A stretch of DNA of 64,000 nt from Psilocybe cubensis (lineage: Eukaryota): contig CM039003.1 in NCBI GenBank assembly GCA_017499595.2, positions 620,001 through 684,000 on the forward strand, in the 5' to 3' direction. This document shows positions 28,807 through 43,216 of the stretch, piece after piece (within the stretch, counting starts at the first letter, position 1; each line of letters opens with the position of its first letter). Below the pieces are notes generated by a model. It made no database searches and had not been told where the DNA came from. It worked only from the letters and a program-made list of their open reading frames with translations. The translations under genes were made by a program, and so were the position numbers.

Positions 28807-30801
28807 TCATGATGTAGTCTGGAGATTGTGAATTGTACCAGTCATAGTACAGAGGCAAGCAGTTTCATGATCAGGCTTGATGGTACTTTCTGGCCTTGGG
28901 AAGCTGGTGACCGTAAACGTGGTAATCTCGGTGACTGGTTCCATGGTCTCAGTAATGGAGATTGTTGTCGTTGTTGGGCTGGCCGTCAAAATGCTGGTAC
29001 TCGTATAAGTCATTGACGATGTCTCTGTCATTCTCTCCGTGATCGTAGAGGTTGAGACTGTGGTTTCTGGGGCGCAAGCCGCTGGCGTGTGAAACAACCA
29101 AGAAATTAAAGCATCTTGGTCATGAGATGTCTGCGCCGCAATAGCCAGGCCCAGCGCTAGTATCCCAATACAGATCCATATTGTCGACGAAGCAGGTCCG
29201 GTAGGCTGATAATATAATTCCGAAATTAAAATTCAACATAATATATTACTGTGGGTCATGGATACGCACCGCGAGCAGCTCGGGATCAGATAGAGAACCT
29301 GGTATCTGAATCTGCCTTGAATCTTCAAGGACAAACGGGCGGTGGTCCGAAAATTGAGGCTCAATTCGGGCAATATGAATGATGGCATTCCTGCCATTGG
29401 TATTTCCAGCTCTGCGAGGGGACACGGAAAGGATGACAGGATACTTAGAGATTATGCCGCATGCCTGCCAGTAAATGGTCAACCATAAAGCTGACCAGTG
29501 AAGGTTACACTCAACGTACTACGGTCTGAACCGACTCTGAAAATAATATGGAGTATAAGGAGTGAATATGTCATTCACACTGTAGTCGAAGAAAGCCTTA
29601 CTTGAATAGTAGTCTTCAGTATTGAAAACTCCGGTAGGACTGTTGAAGCCAAAAGTAGCGAGAAGGACAGATCCTTGGGATCCGATTGCAACGGTTTCTT
29701 CATCCAAGAACGCAATGTCAACTATAAATTGATGCGTATTCTCCAACAATGTTGTACCGACGTATCGTTGGTGCGAAGTCGAGTACCAATCGATGCCGTT
29801 GGCTAGATTTTTTACGGCGAGTCTCTCACGGGATGGTGATATGGCGCATGAGCCAATCCTAATAATGATTCAGAGTGATGATCATCCGAAGTGCAAAATG
29901 AGACTATACATTGAGTTAGGTGCAAGAGATATCCTCCACTTTAACACTCCCGTGGACGTCGAGAAAGCCCTTCAGAAGTTCAGCATAATAAAGCGTCTGA
30001 AAACCATGACTGTCACCCACAAAATCCCACAACTCCCAAGGAGAATAACGAGCAATACATTATCGTTCAAGTAGAATGCAGCTCGAGGGACTGGGCAGTC
30101 TACGATTCTCCCCGTCTCGGAGAACTGCGGCAGGTCTAGCGGTACAATTCTTCCAAGAATCTTGGGGTCTAATATCCAAATAAGAATCACAAATTGTGCA
30201 CGCGGGACTCTTGAATTATCGTACCGTGAAAAACATCTAGAACTATGGCCACGCTGTATCCATAGCATATGGATAATTTCTCGCCGTCTTCACTCAAGGA
30301 TAGATGGTGGATAAACGCGGGGACCTCTCCACAGCAAATATCATCGTCCTGATCATGAGTTAAAAGTTTTAGTTGTCTTCGGATTCCGATGAGGGACTCT
30401 CCATCTACGCACTTTAGGGTCCTTTTTTATTTCAATTCGATATATATTTCCATTGGCTGAGCCAGAAAAAAGAATGTTTGGGTGCATGGGATGCCACACA
30501 ATAGCCCGCACGGCCCCACCGGTGTTGTAAAGTCGAATGCTTTCCCAGCCTCGGCCTTGACCTTCAGGGTATCTGAATTTGATCTAATTAAATTGCGATG
30601 AGCAGCGTTTCGAAGGTAGATTTGCAGTGAAGATCCACGCACGTCCAAGAGACCAGATTCGTCGCCTATGGCCAACAGGCTTCCGTTCGGTGAAAGCTTG
30701 AGCACCTGGATATCGATAGAATTTGTTCTCATAGAGGACAACTTTGTCGGGATCATATAGCCATCGTATAGCCTTGGATAAAAGCGGGTCTGATATGACA
30801 T
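28807..30801 (-). CDS. Multi-exon WD40-like repeat protein with C-terminal hydrophobic segment and Thr-rich tail
   Basis: IQVLKLSPNGSLLAIGDESG, VRAIVWHPMHPNILFSGSANG and IVDIAFLDEETVAIGSQGSV are WD40-like blades. Hydrophobic stretch at ~29140-29190, then Thr-rich ETTVSTSTITER... Confidence 0.6.
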
Positions 30802-32040
30802 ATTTCCTGGTATGGTAGTAACCACGGAAGTATGCACATTAGCTATACATGCGCACAAAGGAAGAGTTATTTGACTCAACTTGGACTTGACTGACTGCTT
30901 AAGACTCCGGCCAATGGATCCAGATACTGGTTGGTGAGGTTTGAAATATCAATCAAAGTTGGGAACGGTAGGCGTTCGTTTCAAACAGTGAGGTGCTGTG
31001 AATTCACGAGTAACCAATGTATACGCATTTACAAGGCGGTTATATCATGCGGATTCATGGTCCCCGGACTTGGATAAGTCTGCAATCGACGCCGTGATGA
31101 TCATGGGACCACATACAAGCCATGGCCACATACCAGCTACTCTGTTCCGTACAGGATACATTTTGATGACTCCTCAGTAAATTTTGAAAAGGGCGAAGCG
31201 TTGGCAAGGCGTGTTATAATTAACGCCACGAAAGTGTACGTGTTTTTCTAGTATGATACAATATGATATGGATCTTTGATAAGATCCGGAAAGGTGGACC
31301 GCAATAACCGATATCACCACCGATACCGATGAGTGGAAGTCGCGATTGAAAGCTCCTAGTTGTACATACAGATGTACATGTACATGTACTCTAGTACTGG
31401 TGCTCATGATCATCGGTTAATACGGTCAAAAATCTTTCGACGCACAACGTACTATATATAATATAGTAATAAATTGTCCAAGCAGTATGAATATTAAATT
31501 GGCGCGCTATCTCTGATAAGTAAATATGTGAAGAAGGAGGCCGACTAGTGGTGCGTGTACAATGTACAATGCATATAATTATAATAATGTTCTAGATCAT
31601 CTCATGGCGAACTTGATCATGATCATGACTTCCTTTGTTCATCAACCCTTTCCACCCTGGTCCGTATAGGTAAATCTTGAATGTCCTTTGAACAGTGAGT
31701 GTAGTTCCAAACTCTAGAAAAAACGTGCCGTTTGAGGGTCCCTCTGATAGGTGGGTCCATCGGGTTAAACACCCGGCTACGTATACCGAATTCGAGCATG
31801 CTAACTGGTGAAGGTATAAAATATGATCTACTTTGGCGTAAATACTCAGACTATCAGGCAGTATTCCTCGCACGCTTACTATGGTCACTGTCAGAGTTGT
31901 TAAGAGCACCAACGGCGCTACCAGGACTACTTCTTCTACAAGTGGGTCTTCCGCTTTCCCTCTCAGGGGAGCTCAGGAAACGGTATCGTAATATTCAACC
32001 TCTTCTATGTACATTTGTCTCATAGCTTTTCCCTGTTAAT

Positions 32041-32868
32041 ATGTTACAGGCGCCCAGGTTGACTCGTTCTCGAGCGAAGCAGATTACTCAAGCGCAACCT
32101 CCATCGACCCAAAATCAGGCCATCTCGCGATTGAATTCGGATGCCGCCGTACTCACTGGATCCCGTCCTACGCATGCGCAAGAGGCACAAGGACCTATTG
32201 TTCATGGAGGCTTTCGGTTGCCCACTGTTGGCAACCGGCTGGTCCCATTGACTGGGGACCCGTATTATCCTCCCTCCTGGCCCTGGACCACTCCTGCACA
32301 AGCGGGTCCGAGATTCGTAAGTAATATTCGAGCTGTTATTACGCTGATAAGAACTCCACTTATATATTGTCCTTCCCAGACAATCCACCTCAAAAAGGGA
32401 TATATCTACCCTTTTGCACCTTTAGGACGAAGTCTACAACCTCTCAAGATTTTCGTCGACGAAGATATGAAGAGCAGGCTCCCTGTAGCGGACATCTCTT
32501 TCTTTAGTAATCGCGACGGAATGGCGCAAACGACGGTTGTTGATTACAACCACAAGACGTACCTTATTATGGGGTACTGGGACAACAGCTGCCCCGTCAA
32601 TGCTAACTTAATTCGGATTTGCTCTATCCCCTGGAAAGGACAATTGGTCGTTTTCGGTCTTGGAAGTAGGACACGTATCCTCCAGCGACCCGCCGGTTCT
32701 GTTGCAGATGTTGAACAAGCCCTACGTTTGTGAGTCTTAATTGTCAAGTGCAAAGAATGTTTCTCACAAGCGACGGCTTAATTTGATGCAGTTTCATTCG
32801 CGACTGCGTCGTCGCGATGATGCAGAATAGGAGATGGCCACGTCTTATCTCTTTACGCGTCGATTTGA
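32041..32868 (+). CDS. Hypothetical protein (spliced, cargo)
   Basis: 230-aa ORF containing an in-frame intron-like segment, plus a GTGAGT...GCAG intron and a short last exon. C-terminal motif PVNANL...PWKGQLVVF. Confidence 0.5.
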
Positions 32869-35503
32869 AGAGCATTGTTATGTAGTGTTGTTATTGCACT
32901 AGTTTTTGCTGAATGATGATAAATCGGGTTCATGATCAATGATCATTGCAGTGTTCGAGTCGACTCTGAGGAAATTATAATTAGCAAGGACAACATTTGC
33001 TGGCTCTAGATCTTCTGTGTAAATTGTTGCGGGCGCTTCTGCGAATCTGCATTCATTGCCTGCTGGCCATGGACTAGGCATTAAATGCTTCGCGATCGGC
33101 CCTTCCAAATTCGGATGCGATGGATTTGGGATTCGAATTCTCAATGATAGTGTCTGGTAGTACTACAATACATGTAATTAAGCAGTAGTTAATTATAAGT
33201 GAGATTCAGACTAAGTTTATAACATTGTAAATGACTCAAATTAAACTCCCAAAACCAACTTAAATATAATTATAAAATGCCCAGTTGATGATCATGATAG
33301 ATCTAGCGTGAAGTACTAATTATAAAACGCGACCTGTTTTAATTTGGAACTTGTTGCCATGTTTGGAAATCAGGTTCAAAGTCTGCGCGTGACACTCATG
33401 ATCATTAATATAATGCTGGCGGATTGCTGCTCGTCGCCGTCCATCCATCGACGACCAAGCAATCGCGAGCGCAAATGTAAATGCCCACCTCGCCGACCAC
33501 CCCTCCTTCACGACAACCAACACCACCCCCCATCAGACGGTCAGCAGCGTCATGGTCATGAGCTGCTGGTCATGTTGTCTGCTGTCTTTGCTGCAGCCTC
33601 CCTCAACAGCAATGTAGATCGTTTGATCGTAGTCGTCGTCGTCACCGCCTCCAGATCCGAATCCCTTACCCTTGACCAGCAGCAGAAAATGCTGCTGGTG
33701 TCCTCATGACTGCGCGGGCGCTGGATCCAATTTCCGGATCACTTTCGTGGCGATCGACCCAAGGCTGCTGGTCTCGTCTCTCGCCGCCGCTGCTACCTCT
33801 CGACGATCATCAACAGCTGATCTTTCCGCCTCCCCGCCGCCCCCTCCGGCTCCTAATTATAATTCCCATCGAGCGCAGTAGCTTGGACGCTGCTGGTCGG
33901 CCTTTCCTCCACCTCCTCACTCCTCATGCCCTGGGGCCGCCGCCGCCGATCATTTTGATCATGAACCAGCGTGGATCTCCATCCCACTGGCCATTCCCCA
34001 GACGGCCAGCAACCCTGTCTCCCTCCCTTGTCTCCGGATCCGTCCGCGACATCCAGGAACACTAGTGTGCTACTGGTCCGCTGATCACTGGCTTCCCCCC
34101 TTCTCCTTGCTGCTTGTCTCATTTGCCAGTCCCGGGGGCCGACTCCCGACGGCTCCCGATACGAGGTTGTCCTCGTCGAAGTCTTCTTCACCTTCACCTT
34201 CCTCGATCAAGGCGGCATTTCACCTCTGCTTAGATCGCACCTTTAAATTTGGCATGCGCAGAAACAGATGATCATGATTCGGTCACGGACAAGAAGAACC
34301 CGGACTAGAGCAGAGAGGAAGAAGCGAGGCGCGCGGCGAGTGAAGACCTCATTCGATGGGTTGATCATGATCATGAGAAGTCCGGCGAGAGTTTGGTTTG
34401 CGGGAGCCAGCAAGGTGTTTGATCGTTACCGATATCATGATGCTCTATGGCGAAGGAGGTATGTATATGTCGTTGCGCCTCTATATCTCTTTCCACTACT
34501 AGTTCTGAGCTTACAGTGTATATTGCCAAAAAAGATAAATCAGAAGCTACTTCAACACTTTTGAAAGCCTTGTCGTCACCAACAATAGCGGAACCTCATC
34601 CCATTCATGATCACCTCCCACCAACATCCAGATCCCGTGTTTACAAAGTTCGCCTGTTGCGGAACTTTGTGAGGCCTTGATCAGAGCTGCAGCTTCAGAT
34701 GGGCGGAGGACCTTGAAGGCCTGGTTTACGGATGAGCTGGTAAAAGAGGTTCGTGACGCACAGGGTGGCAAGAACTGCGTAGTCGTTGATCATGACGACC
34801 AGGACATTTTATAATGTGCACTGTTGTTATTTGGGATGTCACAACGGTTAAATTTACCTGAAGTAACATGTCTGTGTAATGCAACAGGTGTCTACGTTTT
34901 GAAGCTCCCGGTCAATTTATTTTCACGTTACTGCACATGTACCATGGTAATTTATGTTGTTCAAAATGCTATAGATCTAGAGATGCTTGGGAAGAAAACG
35001 TGCGTTAAATAATATAACATTAATATTATAATTGTGATTTATACTAGACTTCTGACCGGTTGATGAATGGAGAAGTTGTTGGTGTACTCGTAATTTGGAC
35101 GACCAAGTTGTTCCCACACCATGTATAATTGCTTACCGTCTTTAGCGCCGAAACAGACAGTCAACATACACAACCGGTACACGGTATACTCTGTTTGGGT
35201 GAAAAATACCCCTCGAGAATCTAGATCTAGTCCTTCCGGATCCCTCATCGATATCGAAGTTCATGCCGGCGTCGCGGTCGTCATCAGCATCACTCTTTGG
35301 ATTCTAGATTTAATTTTACAATGTTTTGTACATGCTTTACACGGCTTATGATATTGGAACATTCAAACTTGTTCGAATAGTACATGTTTTTCATATCTCC
35401 GGATCTGGACCAACCATGGAATATACATTACATGTACACATAATCCTGCTGCTATACTGCTATTGGGCATAAAAATTACAGAATACAGATGCATACTGTT
35501 GTA

Positions 35504-36892
35504 TCAATGGTCAGTGACTGTATTCATCAGCTTCCATATATACCTGGCCTCCTTATAGCTGATCTTGCGGGAAAGGGAGGCGAGTGCCTTTGAAAACCCA
35601 TCGCACGTCAAATGTTCACGATATAAGCGAGCAATGGTGGTTCGAGCAAGCGTGTTGTAGCCAAAGGCATCGAAAAATTCTGTCGCAGCTGCACTCACGG
35701 CATGAGTGCGGTACGATGGACTAGCATCCGAGTCCGACTGTATATTTTCATAAAGGGTTCCAACTATCCCGTCGATGCTTCTGATATGCGCGTATATGGC
35801 TATTTCATGATTGATAAAAAATGGTGGTATGTATGAACAACAAAAGGCTCACGTCTGTTGGTCTGTGCCTCACCTCGAGCCACAGGGGATGGAGAAGACT
35901 GCGGGCTTAAAGGAGTGTCTGGGGGGGCTTGACCAATGCTTGAAAATGTGCTAGAAATGCTGTCAACGCCGCTTCGGGATCGATTGAGAGATAAAAGAGC
36001 TGATCTCGCTGGTGCCACCGAACGTGTTGAGTCGACGTTAGAATGGGGCAGCCACGGTAATGGCGTATATACAGGAGGAGGCATGTCTTCATCACCGTAA
36101 GTGATGGCTTGGGTAGACGAAGATGTTCGTGTAGGTGACGTGCTTTGTGTTTGCCCGTTAAAGCTTCCACTTGAGCTACCGGCTCGACCAAGGCTACCGG
36201 TAGAAATCCCTTCCCTCGATAGAGAGTTACTGAGCCTTCGGGTCGGTGTGCTAGGAATGGTGTGAATGGGGGTGAATTGAAACCCTTCCACTTGCGAGCG
36301 TAAGAGCATATAGACCAAGGCCTGCTGTAAATTGACGGTATGTTTGACAAGCCTTGGGCCTACGAGTCCGGCAAGAACAGCGTCGTAATCACTAATTATG
36401 TGTAAATGAGGATTTCTGATCTCTACATATGCCCTCGAATCATTAGACAACAAACATACCTCTCATTGCTATAGATCATCGCACTTTTGTTTTTCCCCGC
36501 CCATACAACGGCAAAATAAGGCCCAGATAATTCTGGGTTCTCAGAAATATACTCTGAGATAGCCTGATGATTCCAGATATCCCTAGCCATCCTATCTATT
36601 GGGGTGTTGAAACCTAATACATCGAGGATCGAATGGAGCCCAAGCATCTGGATTGCCTTTCTCTCATTAGTGCCGCAATGAATACAGATTGGCCATGCAA
36701 CCTCATCGAGGTCGTGATATTTTCCAGGCTTGATAAAGATTCTGTATCAACGATCATAAGGGTTAACTTCGAATTCGATGCATTTGGGAGCAAAATAATC
36801 ATGAACGGCGACGTACGGAGAGGAATACACTCCCGGGTTATCACCTCTGAGGAGGGTGTAATAGACAGGAGAGGCGGAATTATTGGAATGGA
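35504..36892 (-). CDS. Multi-exon hypothetical protein with possible RNase H1 N-terminal (Cauli_VI)-like motifs and a Ser-rich middle
   Basis: YYTLLRGDNPGVYSS and YFAVVWAGKNKSAMIYS resemble the FYAVxxGrxPGIY pattern. Collinear ORF segments 36747, 36423, 35800 and 35504. Confidence 0.5.
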
Positions 36893-37389
36893 TATTGGTG
36901 CAAGTGGACATTGTTATAGAGCTGTGAATTGTTGATCGTGGAGATTGACCGCAAACTAGAGGAGTTTGAATCGATTGTAGGCTTATATATATCACAAAGG
37001 GACTACAAAAACACCCGAGCTGAACTGGAACGGACCACTTGCCATTGTTCCATGGTCATGATCATGATCAGTACCAGGCTTAGGGCGCTTTAATCAATGT
37101 GACTCCGCAAGGACCCCGAACTGGTTCGTCAACTACCAGAGTTGACCTAGCGCTAGTACTAGTGAGTTCAAACAGTACATGAGCACGGTAAAGTTATATT
37201 GACTCGAAAGGGCGGAGAAGGAATTGTACATTGTGCATGTACTAATTTGATTATGTATGGCAGAGTCTATGGAAGATTCAACTCGTTGTAAACTTGCGGC
37301 AATTGATCATGAAATAGTTTGTCACAATTCAGGAACTACATATGTACACGCACACCTCAAATTCAAGGATTGAAGAGACGGCGCAATGT

Positions 37390-39480
37390 CCCCCAATTAG
37401 TGAAATGCCTTGCCAACGACGACGGTGGTTCCACAGGTCCAAACTGGCGATAGGCATTGACCTCCCAATCGCCTTCGGTGATCGGGCTGAAGCTTCCTAC
37501 AAATTGCCGACCTGGATTATCTTCAATGAAGCTACAGTTAAAGTTAAATTATCAGGAGGTGATATTAAAAGTGGTCGATAACAAAAATTCGAACCTGATT
37601 CTGCCTCTAATATATCGTGTCGACTCTTCTTGTACAATGTTCTTTTCTTCGTCAGTTACTGGAGGCGGACAGTTCTGAGTTCATGCCATTTGTGAGTGAG
37701 TATGTTAATACGTCTATAAGGCCTGGCGTACTATACAATTGATCCCGTTGATGCACTGTTGCATCGTCCCATACGAAATAAAATGGCGATGAATGCGGCG
37801 TTGATACTTGCTTTGTTTGTAGGGTGAATTCATCAACACGTTCTAAAGGTTCATTAAAATAAATAAAAGCACGAAAACGACAAAAAGCATGGCTTACCAT
37901 GTTATCGATATGACGGACGATCTCGTCGGCAGAGAAGTCGACCCCAGGAAGACGAGCCCAAACTCTATCATATGAGCTATTCTCTACCGGCGTAAAATCC
38001 ATCACCCGCCCAAAGAGTACCCGAGCTCTTCGAATCCGTTTTCCCGGATAGTGAAGGTTAACATAGTAGAAGGGGTCGACTCCTAAATACTCGTAGATGA
38101 AGAGGCGAACCAAGCCCGGAGGAAAATAACGTATCCACTGATTATAAACCTATAAAAATGACATATGAGCTTAAAAGCGATATCAATTAACATAAAAATT
38201 GCGACGTACAAATGCGACGTCGATCCGCTCTCGTTGTAAGCTTGGTATATACACCTCAAATCCGCGTTTTCCATACTTTTGGTTTCGTACTTCATAAGAA
38301 GGAGAGCGGCGTGACAGGTCAATGGTATTAGCCTGCCGCATGCACGCCATCAAGCACCTGATGTTGGCCCAAACATTGGTTCCTGAATGGCGTCTCCGTG
38401 TCAGAATTTCTTCAATCAACGAGAAATAGTAGATTGTTATACCGTCGTACAAACAGCACGCGGCATCAATGTCAAAGCCGCATAATATTTCTGAAATACC
38501 ATGGTATAATCTAAGGATAATTTGAATAGGCCTGACGCCTTTGGCTACGCGTGTCATCATTAGATTATAATTAGGAGGCTTAGAAATTTAATAAGACCTA
38601 CCACGAATGGTGATGTTACCAGCCTTGCGAACACAAATCGCTGGTTGCAGGAGAGCCGAAGTAATATCCTGATATACTTCAACCATTCTCGCCTCGGCCT
38701 GATGAAGATGATCAGACTCAGAGAGTAGTACAACATAGGCTGAGTATATATAAGCTCACCTCCTCTGCATTAAGACCATAAATGAAAAGATCCACGTCGG
38801 AGTCAGGGTAAAAGTTTTCAAAATACATGTTTGCCTGCAAGGGAGTCCAAGGCGAAGCGTCAAACGATGTTGGCTGCATGCAAGCAAGGACGGCCCCGCC
38901 GGCGACAGCGATGTTGTCCCAATGCCGCATATTGATAAACGCGCGATTGGTGAAGATGTCGAAGTTCTGCAGGAACGCAGCCATGTCGGGGACAATGGTG
39001 GGCGATCCTTTGGCCCTTTTCATATCATCGGGGAGGGCAAAGAGATGTTTGCGGGGAAAGGAGTGTACAAGCCCAGTGGCGGGTTGTATGACGACTGGTA
39101 CGTCCGGTTCCTGATCACTCGATAGGCGGGGGAAAGCCCGTTTGACCTGGTCTGGGACTTGGTCGAAGACGTTGAGGAGACCCTCGGCGTGATGCAAGAC
39201 AGAACCATTGCGATGAGACCTGTCGTTGCGAGCAAATACCCGGCGTATCACTTGCTCCTCTGCAATCGCGAGCTCCAGGATTGTGTTGACAGGGTCCGTG
39301 AAGGAGTGGGCCTCGGTTGATTGTACAGAGATCAACTTGTCGAGACACCACTGCATCGAGCGGTGGATATGGGCGTATGGCCTCAATTCATCCGGGTCGA
39401 ACTGCATTGTGGGTAGCACAAGCTGTACTGATGACTTTCGAGCTCCCCGCTCATCATGGTCAGTATATACTCTTTTGGGT
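37390..39480 (-). CDS. Multi-exon protein with pol-beta-like nucleotidyltransferase motif
   Basis: WDNIAVAGGAVLAC...SDVDLFIYGL...IQIILRLY...EILCGFDID...YDG...RQANTIDLSRRSPSYEVR...KYGKRGFEVY, giving the GG...DxD signature. Resembles a domain of fungal ankyrin-repeat proteins (from memory). Ends approximate. Confidence 0.65.
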
Positions 39481-40009
39481 TCCTGGATGGGGAAACAAAC
39501 GGTTGGGTCAACCTACCACGCTTAGCACATGAAGCGGCATGCAGTTTGGCCAAGACCACATTCCTATATGATCAAAGGTTCTTTCATTGACGGCCGCGCG
39601 AAGTTTGTAATCTTTGCTCAAGGATTTGTCGAAGTGGTTCTAAGTAATTGTTGAACTGACTTTGAGTAATTGTTGAAACGGGTTTAACTTATTGTTCTTT
39701 GTCTGAATGGGTAAAAAGAAGACTCACGCGCTTTTTTTAATTTGCCTCGTGCTGATATGTACATGTACACCAAGTACGATTGCAGGAACACTTTTGATCA
39801 TGACCCTAGATATATCGTATGCACTAATAAGTACGGTCATGATTCAAAGATTCGCACATGTACATGGATCAATGAACATATCCACACATATATATATAGC
39901 AAGTACTAGATCTAGACGTATAATTTATAATTATCGGGCAGCTAGATATGTCTAGATCTAGTAGGAAGTTTAATTTGTAGGAAAATTAGTGCCGAATCGG
40001 CGCGAGCAC

Positions 40010-42766
40010 TTATTCATGAGCTGAAAATAAATCGGATGCCAATTTCTCCAACTGCTGCCTCCCTCGACGAAGTTGTCCGCTGCCCCGCGTTCCGTCGCGC
40101 CATTTATTGGAAGACTGTGGTTGACGTTGGATGTTTGTGAGGCCTTTGATGGCAGATGAATTTCGATTGTCAAATATGTCAAATATAACTTCAGAATTTT
40201 CTGTCCAACGGCCGTAATCTTGACCGGAAAGTTGATATATGCTGTGCAAAGGGAGCCATGATTTTCTTGCAATAGTATTTCCTTGTCCTAGATGCAGTTA
40301 TTAATGAGTGACTGCTGAAATGGGATACGAGAAGCTAGTAGGTCAAGAGGTACGTACCAGTGTAACATTCATATAAGCCACTGAGGACCTCTTCTTCAAA
40401 TTCAGTCAATTTGTTGTCAATATAGACATCCCCGTTGCAGTCATTGGCAGTAAAGTACTTGCCAGATTGTGGAACAGGTCCGCTGAAGACAACCTCAAAA
40501 CTGACAATGGGGGCGGCAATCCTCCAATGATATCCTCCTGCCATCAACGCGGCTCGGCCGGCTGGATTATGCAGTAATACTTGAGCAGATCGTTCTCTAT
40601 ATACTGCATAATCGGTTACATCGAATTTGTAGTGTGGGGGTCGTGTCGGGTGCCTTTGTTTAATAGGCTTGGGACCAAGGGGTTGATACCAAAGAGCATC
40701 AGACGAGAGCTGGAGAGTATGAAAAGGTATGCCGTGTTGTAACAGAAAATGAGCAATTTCAGTTTCAGACCACCGAGCATCCAACCGACAAATTGTTGCA
40801 GCAGCTGAAGCTGAAGCGACTGCGAGGTTCCATTTCATGGTTCGGTCAGACCCAAAATGGAACATGTAGATCTTTTGACCGTTAGACGTTGTAAGGTTTC
40901 TTACACACTGTGATCGCTTGTTGAATCGGAGGTATTCTCGATGATTTCGACCAAGGTCACATTTGTCGTTCAATGTCAGGGGCATGTTCTGACACAAACG
41001 AGTCAAGAATTCGAAGGCTGCGATGACTCGAGGTCTTTTAAACACTTTTTGTGGGCAAGAGCTCCAACAAATACCAATGTATTTGAGAAAATTTTTTTGA
41101 TCTGCCTCTGCAGAGATAGGTTTATTTGAACTGACCAGGACAGGTGGAAGGGGTGACGTATAGCCAAAGTAAAGACGTAAGATATCGAGAATTTCACTTT
41201 CTGCGGTGTCGACTATGGTTTCCCCCTCTTCGCCATAATGTGGGAGCCAGTCAGAGACATTGTTGTCATCGTATCCAGGGATAATCAGTGAGATTTTTGG
41301 AGCATCATGAACGTCGTGGAAAAGAGTACATGAGCGTTCAGACAACTCTGCGGCAGTCACTTCTAAGTTCAAAGAATTTTCTCTATTCTCAATATTGTCC
41401 TCATTGTAATCATCTCCGGGTCCAAAAAATTGCGAGCAGTCGTATTCATTGGCGAAAGAGTCATAGCGCACTTGATGAACACTGAACATAGCTAATACAT
41501 CACCACGCTCTTGAGGAGATACTGGAACGCGGACATATATCCCCGAATTACCTGCCTCTTTCCATACAAAGACTTTGGCACTATGCGGGGGATTTTTGGT
41601 CCTCTCTTCACGAGAACGGCGTTTGATCATTGTCTCTGTCTCCATTTGCTGTTGATTTCGTTTTTCTCGAGATTCGAAGAATTCTTGCCAAGCATAGGCA
41701 AATAACTCATCGTTTGCTTTGCTCCGTTCTCGAATTGTTGATGGCTGTGGTGCGATTGTTGTGGTGGACAGTTGGAGCTGGTGAGAGAGAGGTGCCATAT
41801 ACTGCTTTGATGGGTCTTTGGCATATACCCCGTCCCAAATATACCAGACAGGAATGCCCCATTGGCAAAACCATTCAACAGAAGGCTGCAGGCAGTCGAC
41901 TTTTCCAAGAGATTGTAAGTCAATGAATACTCCCACCCGGCTTCCTCTGGTATAGTCACAAATTTCACTACAAAGAAAAGACTCCAGCCAGGCCTCCTTA
42001 CAGTGTTTCTCCAACAGATATTCAACCCAAGTTGAGGATGAGAGGCCCGGGTACTCTTGCAACTCTTTTCCTCTCGTTTCAGCCACGGTAATCAAATATG
42101 ATAACAGGCCCATCCATAAAGCAAACCAGTCCCTGGAGCGTTCAAGTGCATGAATTGCGTTAGCTCGCGACGTGTGCCTTTTGCTGTAACCGAATGCCCA
42201 AGGTCCGACAGGCTTTAGGACGTTGCATTTTGTCAAGGTCGACAAATAATGTGACATACGCGATAGATCCTGTTCAAGTGAAGACCATTGCCTAATTTTC
42301 TCTATACGCATAGAGTATTGAGGTGGGTCGACGTCTGTATGTTCATAAAGGTCGTACGATCGAGGAATGTTTGAAAGAATTCGAAATATGTAGCCACTGA
42401 ACTGCGGTTGTCGAGGTATGAACGAGACCCAGCCCCAATGTGGGTTCCACCAAAACGGATGTCGATAATTGTCAGCGTTGATTTTGGAAAAATCATATCT
42501 TATATCTGTTGATTGTGAGTTGTTTCCATGGGCCGAGAGCAACAAAGTTGGCGAGGGCAGTAGAATGTTTTTGGTATTGTCCACGACTTCAGGGATTGTG
42601 ACAGATCTTTTACAATTCGGCGAGTACACAACCTTCCCGTTCAGAATCAGCACCCTACCGTTGGAACGATCAACAAACCTGGATTTATTGGCGCATTAGC
42701 ATATTGGACACATCGCGGAGGGAAGAAGATTGGCGAACTTGGGACTTACTGGGCACGAGTGCTCAT
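40010..42766 (-). CDS. Large hypothetical protein (~870 aa, 3 exons) with C-terminal SWxP...SG..YG.WT..SE motif
   Basis: Uninterrupted 772-aa ORF (40335-42653), short upstream exon MSTRA with a GTAAGT intron, and a downstream exon KSWLPLHSIYQLSGQDYGRWTENSE...AHE* ending at 40010. Confidence 0.7.
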
Positions 42767-43216
42767 TTCAGAATCCTGAAGTCGAAATTCAATGAGCCTG
42801 CGGGAGCCTATGCAAAGGCCAATAATGCGTTACTATCTTCTGATAATTCGGGGTGGCGATTAGTGATCTGGACGAATCCAAAATCACGAATATACGCGAC
42901 GCGACGCGATCGAGCAGCGTACCCGGATGGGAATCCACTGTACGTAGCTATAGCTAAGATACCGATCGCACATGAACATGTACATGTACCTGTACATACT
43001 GATCATTAATATTAATGCGGCATTCAAAAAATTCAATACTTTTTGTTAGACTGAAAATTACGTAATATATTCCGTTCCGCGTTTCACCGCGATTCTGTAC
43101 ATCGAAAAGTACTAGTACTACATGGAACAGTATAGGCCATGGCCAGACAGATGGCCATCGCTCTTATCTTCCTCTATGGATCCATGCATGGCCAGTACTA
43201 CTAGTCATGTTTTACT

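Noticed and set aside
33344-34271. Overlapping GC-rich ORFs on both strands
   Set aside because: Low-complexity sequence with no consistent frame or domain; cannot support a gene call.
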